From Caecitellus pseudoparvulus (lineage: Eukaryota; Protista; Bigyra: Bicosoecida), in contig CBFFRQ010000054.1 in the NCBI GenBank assembly GCA_965644315.1, positions 186,001 through 250,000 of the forward strand: a DNA stretch of 64,000 nt, in the 5' to 3' direction. The notes below the pieces were generated by a model. The model saw only the letters and a program-made list of their open reading frames with translations. It was not told the DNA's origin and searched no databases. A program made the position numbers and the translations under genes. Every line of letters begins with the position of its first letter. Within the stretch, counting starts at the first letter, position 1. Below, one piece after another: positions 59,230 through 64,000 of the stretch.

Positions 59230-61140
59230 ATGGCTGAAGGTAGCAGTGGGGAGTCGTTGGTGGGTCAATGGAAGGCAGCATGTGATGGTGAGCAGGTAGA
59301 CGTGCTGCTGAGCATGCTTGAGAGGTGCGGTGGTCGTGCGGGGCCGGAGCTGGGAGGCTTGTCAGGCGATGAGACAACGGCCGGCTTCTTGGTTGCGTGC
59401 AAGAAAGGGCACGTTGGGCTGCTGCGTGGGTTGTTGGCGTTGGAGGGGGACCTTGCTGTGGACGTGCATGCACAAGATGAAGATGGGCCGGAGGCTGGCT
59501 TCCTGGTTGCCTGCTTGCATGGGCAAAGTGACGTGGTGCGGGAGCTGCTGGCGCTGACCGGGCATCGTGAGGTGGATGCTCATGCGGGGCCTGAAGGGGA
59601 TCCTGAGTGGGGCTTTCAGGCTGCATGCCAGGAAGGGCATATTGACGTGGTGCGAGAGCTGCTGGCGCTAAATGGGCAACGAGAGGTGGACGTGCATGCT
59701 GGGCCTGAGGGCCGGCCAGAGGCTGGCTTCCGGCTTGCTTGTCAGGAAGGGCATATTGACGTGGTGCGTGAGCTGCTGGCGTTGAGGGGGCATCGCGAGG
59801 TGGATGTGCATGCTGGGCCTGAGGGGGATCCTGAGCATGGCTTCCGGCTTGCCTGTGAGTTCGGGCACATTGACGTGGTGCGGGAGCTGCTGGCTCTGAG
59901 CGGGCATCGTGAGGTGAATGTGCATGCTGGGGATGAGTATGGGCCTGAGGCTGGCTTCCTGCTTGCTTGTCAGGATGGGCACATTGGCGTTGTGCGAGAG
60001 CTGCTGGCTCTGACGGGTGATCGAGCTGTAGACGTGCATGCTGGGCCTGAAGGGGATCCTGAGTGGGGTTTACTGGTTGCGTGTGAGAATGGGCACATTG
60101 ACGTTGTGCGCGAGCTGCTGGCGCTGACAGGTCACCGAGCTGTGGATGTGCATGCAGGGGTCGGAGGCAATCCTGAGCACGGCTTCCTGCTTGCCTGCCA
60201 GAACGGGCACATTGATGTGGTGTGTGAGCTGCTGGCGCTGACGGGTGATCGAGCCGTGGATGTGCATGCAGCCTTCAATGGCGACCCTGAGTGGGGCTTC
60301 CTGCTTGCCTGCGAGAACGGCCACATTGATGTGGTGCGTGAGCTGCTGGCGCTGACGGGTGATCGCGAGGTGGACGTGCATGCTGGGCCTGAGGGCGAGC
60401 CTGAGGCTGGCTTTCGATTTGCTTGTCAGAGTGGGCACATTGACGTGGTGCGGGAGCTGCTGGCGCTGACCGGGCATCGTGAAGTGAATGTTCATGCAGG
60501 AGATTGGCTTGGGCCTGAGGCTGGCTTTCGACAAGCTTGTCAGCATGGGCACATTGACGTTGTGCGCGAGCCGCTGGCGCTGACTGGTGCTCGAGAGGTC
60601 GATGTGCATGCTGCATTCCTTGGCAGGCCCGAGGCTAGCTTCCAAGTTGCATGCCAGGAAGGGCATATTGATGTGGTGCGAGAGCTGCTGGCTTTGAGCG
60701 GGCACCGTGAGGTGGATGTGCATGCTATGGCTGAGGGTGATCCTGAGGCTGGCTTCCGACTTGCTTGTCAGAATGGGCACATTGACGTGGTGCGGGAGCT
60801 GCTGGCGCTGACTGGACATCGTGAGGTGGATGTGCATGCCGAGGCTGATGGTGAGCTTGAGGCTGGCTTTCGACTTGCTTGCAAAAACAGGCATTTGAAT
60901 GTTGTTCGCGACCTGCTGGGCCTCACAGGCCATCGAGCCATCCCACTGCAATCACGCCTTGAGGCTGGAGACCTAGCTATGCAGGCAGCTAGAGATGCCG
61001 TCTGGCTCGGTACCAGCACTCGGCAAGGCCGGAAAGCCATGCTGCTGCTACGGAGCGCAAGAAGGGCAAGGAAGCGTCCACGGCCACAGACCGGCTCAGC
61101 GTTGGTGTCTCCATCAGGGAAGGCTCCACGCTCTGACTGA
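59230..61140 (+). CDS. Ankyrin-array gene A5 (636 aa; 12 internal repeats; NLS-like tail)
   Basis: 636-81-99 = 456 = 12 x 38. The C-cap is almost identical to that of A3. Confidence 0.92.
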   Translation: MAEGSSGESLVGQWKAACDGEQVDVLLSMLERCGGRAGPELGGLSGDETTAGFLVACKKGHVGLLRGLLALEGDLAVDVHAQDEDGPEAGFLVACLHGQSDVVRELLALTGHREVDAHAGPEGDPEWGFQAACQEGHIDVVRELLALNGQREVDVHAGPEGRPEAGFRLACQEGHIDVVRELLALRGHREVDVHAGPEGDPEHGFRLACEFGHIDVVRELLALSGHREVNVHAGDEYGPEAGFLLACQDGHIGVVRELLALTGDRAVDVHAGPEGDPEWGLLVACENGHIDVVRELLALTGHRAVDVHAGVGGNPEHGFLLACQNGHIDVVCELLALTGDRAVDVHAAFNGDPEWGFLLACENGHIDVVRELLALTGDREVDVHAGPEGEPEAGFRFACQSGHIDVVRELLALTGHREVNVHAGDWLGPEAGFRQACQHGHIDVVREPLALTGAREVDVHAAFLGRPEASFQVACQEGHIDVVRELLALSGHREVDVHAMAEGDPEAGFRLACQNGHIDVVRELLALTGHREVDVHAEADGELEAGFRLACKNRHLNVVRDLLGLTGHRAIPLQSRLEAGDLAMQAARDAVWLGTSTRQGRKAMLLLRSARRARKRPRPQTGSALVSPSGKAPRSD

Positions 61141-61575
61141 AGGGCGGTGCATGTGTGGGCTCCACGCTGCACGGCGCAAGTCGCAACGGCCACTGTCACC
61201 TTCGGAATGACCAGCGTGCGTGAGCTATTCAAACCACTTGTGGCGTGCGTGGCTTGGAGCTTGAGCCTGAGTACCAACCCTTGGAGGAGGGTGCTGCCTC
61301 CAAAGCTTGGCAGATCCGAGGCCAGGCGGCCTGGGTTGTTGACGGGCAAAGTGGAACTCGAGAGCATCAGTGATGGAGCAATGCAGCGAACAGACGATGG
61401 GTGTGTATTCCGCTGGAGGCCGGCGCCCTTGCCCGTGCCTTGGGGCGGTAGAGTGAATGTGGAGCATGAAAAGCATGGCAGCAGCTCCTCCAATGCACAG
61501 CGCCTTGCCAGGTGACTGTGGATACCGTCATCTAGTACACACCGTGTACGCTCGGTCACATTGCATGCCGTTTCA

Positions 61576-63993
61576 TCAGCAGGCGGGGGCGTGGCCCCAC
61601 CCGCCCGCAGTGGCCTGCAGCAAGGGCAGCAGCTCCTGGCCGTTCAAGGGGCCCTGGCACGACCTCAGGTCGCATGGATGACACACCTCCGCCAGCTCCT
61701 CCCGTGCCACGGCGCCGTGCACTGCTGTGCCTCCTTTGTGAGGCATGCCCACCCACTCGGAATTTGGGCCTTCGGAGCGGGGCAGCGGGAACGCTCCTCC
61801 GCGAAGCGTGTCACAGTTCACCGCGTCGTGCACCATGGCGTCCCCAGTGGCCAGCACCCACGGCCACACCACTGCCGACAGGGTTGCCGACAGTGCCCTG
61901 GTGGGCAGGCGGTCGCAGGGCGAGCCGTTGCTGTGCGCAGCGGGGCATAGGCGGAATTTGAGCGTCGCCGCCCACTCTGCCGCGACACCGGCCATAGTAC
62001 GCTGGCGGCCCCGGGGGCGCAGGAACACACCCCACAAGTCCGCCACGAGGGGTGTCGCATGGCGCGACCTGTGATCGCGCATGACGTGCACTGCGTCCTG
62101 GCGGTTAACCCACGATGCCACCGCGACGGCTTCTCGCCAGGTCGGAATGGCCGCGGGCGACCGGAACACCAGCCGCTGCACATTGAAGGCTGGCGCTTGA
62201 GACAGCGCAGCCAGGTGCCCTGCGCCCACGGGCCACCCCTGCACTGGCAGCACTCGCACCAGGGGCAGCGAGTGCAGCGCGTCAGGCATGGAGGAGTCAG
62301 CTGGCAGGGCGTGCTGCGTTGCAGCGGCCAATTCGGCCACGCCCCCCCCCTGCGCCGCTGCCGCCAGCACCTCTTGCACTGTGACTTCTGCCAGACGCAG
62401 CAAGGGTGGCGTGGCGTACAGCCACAGCTGCCACCGTGGGTACATGATTGCAGTGCTGGCCAACGCAGCACGCACTGCAGCGAGCATCGTAGTGGACTCG
62501 TGCGTTTCAGGCAAGGACATGGCCACGGCCCCCGTGGTCAGGGGCTCCCCCATCGCCTCTGCTGCCGCCACCACCTCGGCCAGGGCCTGCTTGAGGGGTG
62601 TCAGGGGGGGGTGCGGCGCCAGCCACCCCTGCACCTGGGGCAGGCTTGACTCGTTCAGGGGGGCCTGTGGGCGCAGTGGGCGGGGCAGGCGCCGCGCGAC
62701 GTCCACGACGGTCCTCCAGAACGCATCAGGGCGGGGCGACCGAAGAAACGCCCGCAGCATGCCCTGGCCTTGTCGCACCAGCCGAAGCATTGTGCGGCAG
62801 TCGCCGCCGCGTGAGGAGTACCGCTGCCCCCACCCCGTCGTGTGGTCCACCACAACGCCATGCGTTACGCCGCCCCGCATGCCGTACACGTGGGACACCC
62901 AGTCGTCTGTGAACCACGTGCGCAGCTGGTGGGGGTAATACGCAGGGAACACCTCCAGGTGAGTGGCGTGTGTGAAATCGTGCGTTAGAATGGCCGTGTT
63001 GCCGTTGTCGTGTTTCGGCCCAGTCATGCCCACCAGCGGCGGCCAGCGGCGCAGCAGCAGTTCCTGGACCATGGCCCCCGCCCAGCCGCCGCTGACGAAC
63101 GATGTGTCATCGTTGATGCGGTACAGGAAGTCTGCACCCGCTGCAGCCCCCGCCGCCATGGCAGCTGCGTGTGCCAGGCTGGGTGCGTGGTGGGAGCCAG
63201 ACGGCACCAGCAACAGCTGCACGGCCAGGCCAGGGCGGGCACAGTGTGCGAAGGCGGCAAAGCTTGCCTGCAGCATGGCCCGCTGTTCCGGGCTGGCCAG
63301 CACTGGGTCGTCGTCGTCAAACGCAGCCACAACGCTGTACCGGAAGCCGTCCTCGGCAGTGATGAAGAGAGTCGGCACCACCACCTGCATGAGGGGCAGG
63401 TCTGTCAAGTGTGCATCTGCACGCACCTCCACGCCACGGGTGGTGGTGCCGAACCCCACTGCGATGTGCAGCTTGTCGTGGCCTGCGCCGCTGAACGCTG
63501 AACGAATTTCCGCAGGTGACCTTGCTGGCCGCCGAGCTGCCGCTTCCAGGCACTGCACAATCGTCCGCCCGTTGCTCCCGGGCAAGGACGGGTCTCCTAG
63601 GTGTTTTTGCCAAGCCCGAGCGCGCTGCAGTGACGCTGCGGCTGCACCAGGGCCGCCTCCCGCCAACATGCTCCACACCGTCCACACCCCGCCCACAACC
63701 GCGGCCACGCAGCTCAGCACGACGCAGGCAGCCAAGGACAGGCGCTTGCCACGCTCCATTCGCCGAATGCTACCAGCCAGGCGCCCTGCATGTCTCCGGA
63801 AAGCCCTGCTGCACGGCCCGAGGGTATGCGCTGCGCTGCCGTTGCGCTGCGCACCCAGCATGACAACTGGCTGGTGCTGGTGCGGGCAGTTTGGGCGGCC
63901 GAAGGGCGACCTGCCACGCCCTGGAGATTCAGGCAAGGGGGTCTGGGCAAGGGCACTCGCTGGGTCGTCAGTTGGGTGGGTTTTATTTGCCAT
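61576..63993 (-). CDS. Type II membrane glycosyltransferase-like protein with two domains (start may be the ATG at 63759)
   Basis: Signal anchor LAACVVLSCVAAVVGGVWTVW; GT-A-like ADFLYRINDDT..GMTGP..ILTHDF..WFTDDWVSHVY; second domain YPRWQLWLY..REAVAVASW..HVMRDH..PLVADLWG. Confidence 0.65.
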   Translation of the reverse strand: MANKTHPTDDPASALAQTPLPESPGRGRSPFGRPNCPHQHQPVVMLGAQRNGSAAHTLGPCSRAFRRHAGRLAGSIRRMERGKRLSLAACVVLSCVAAVVGGVWTVWSMLAGGGPGAAAASLQRARAWQKHLGDPSLPGSNGRTIVQCLEAAARRPARSPAEIRSAFSGAGHDKLHIAVGFGTTTRGVEVRADAHLTDLPLMQVVVPTLFITAEDGFRYSVVAAFDDDDPVLASPEQRAMLQASFAAFAHCARPGLAVQLLLVPSGSHHAPSLAHAAAMAAGAAAGADFLYRINDDTSFVSGGWAGAMVQELLLRRWPPLVGMTGPKHDNGNTAILTHDFTHATHLEVFPAYYPHQLRTWFTDDWVSHVYGMRGGVTHGVVVDHTTGWGQRYSSRGGDCRTMLRLVRQGQGMLRAFLRSPRPDAFWRTVVDVARRLPRPLRPQAPLNESSLPQVQGWLAPHPPLTPLKQALAEVVAAAEAMGEPLTTGAVAMSLPETHESTTMLAAVRAALASTAIMYPRWQLWLYATPPLLRLAEVTVQEVLAAAAQGGGVAELAAATQHALPADSSMPDALHSLPLVRVLPVQGWPVGAGHLAALSQAPAFNVQRLVFRSPAAIPTWREAVAVASWVNRQDAVHVMRDHRSRHATPLVADLWGVFLRPRGRQRTMAGVAAEWAATLKFRLCPAAHSNGSPCDRLPTRALSATLSAVVWPWVLATGDAMVHDAVNCDTLRGGAFPLPRSEGPNSEWVGMPHKGGTAVHGAVAREELAEVCHPCDLRSCQGPLNGQELLPLLQATAGGWGHAPAC

Positions 63994-64000
63994 TGGCGTG

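Noticed and set aside
37775-61140. Diversity-generating retroelement or endogenous giant virus/virophage as the source of the ankyrin array
   Set aside because: There is no reverse transcriptase, no adenine-specific variation pattern, and no capsid, packaging ATPase or polymerase genes in the window.

Overview
This is GC-rich eukaryotic nuclear DNA with short GT-AG introns, mostly about 70-105 nt. The source is a flagellated protist, possibly a stramenopile (inference only). The left part (1-37127) is a compact housekeeping block. It holds a very long, insertion-rich outer-arm-type dynein heavy chain running off the left edge, RPL27A, a tRNA m1A58 methyltransferase, a two-TM PPxY protein, FCF1, ZNHIT1/SWC6, COPA, a rhodanese, a MAP kinase kinase, a hAT-derived gene missing catalytic residues, and condensin NCAPD2. 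Two oversized introns carry strong snoRNA candidates with identifiable rRNA targets: an H/ACA in FCF1 and a C/D in ZNHIT1. The right part (37550-61650) is an accessory locus of five tandem, intronless genes built from a 114-bp/38-aa ankyrin-like module, with 4, 5, 44, 4 and 12 internal repeats. The scaffold is nearly invariant, and variation is confined to about 10 predicted binding-surface positions that appear recombinatorially shuffled. Two copies carry early nonsense codons. The array is interrupted by a DxxH-type DDE transposon whose right end is itself split by a PIF/Harbinger-like element encoding a SAP-fused transposase. A two-domain glycosyltransferase-like gene closes the window. The best candidate for a new system is the DARPin-like diversifying ankyrin array. 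All calls come from reading the sequence by eye; no searches were run.
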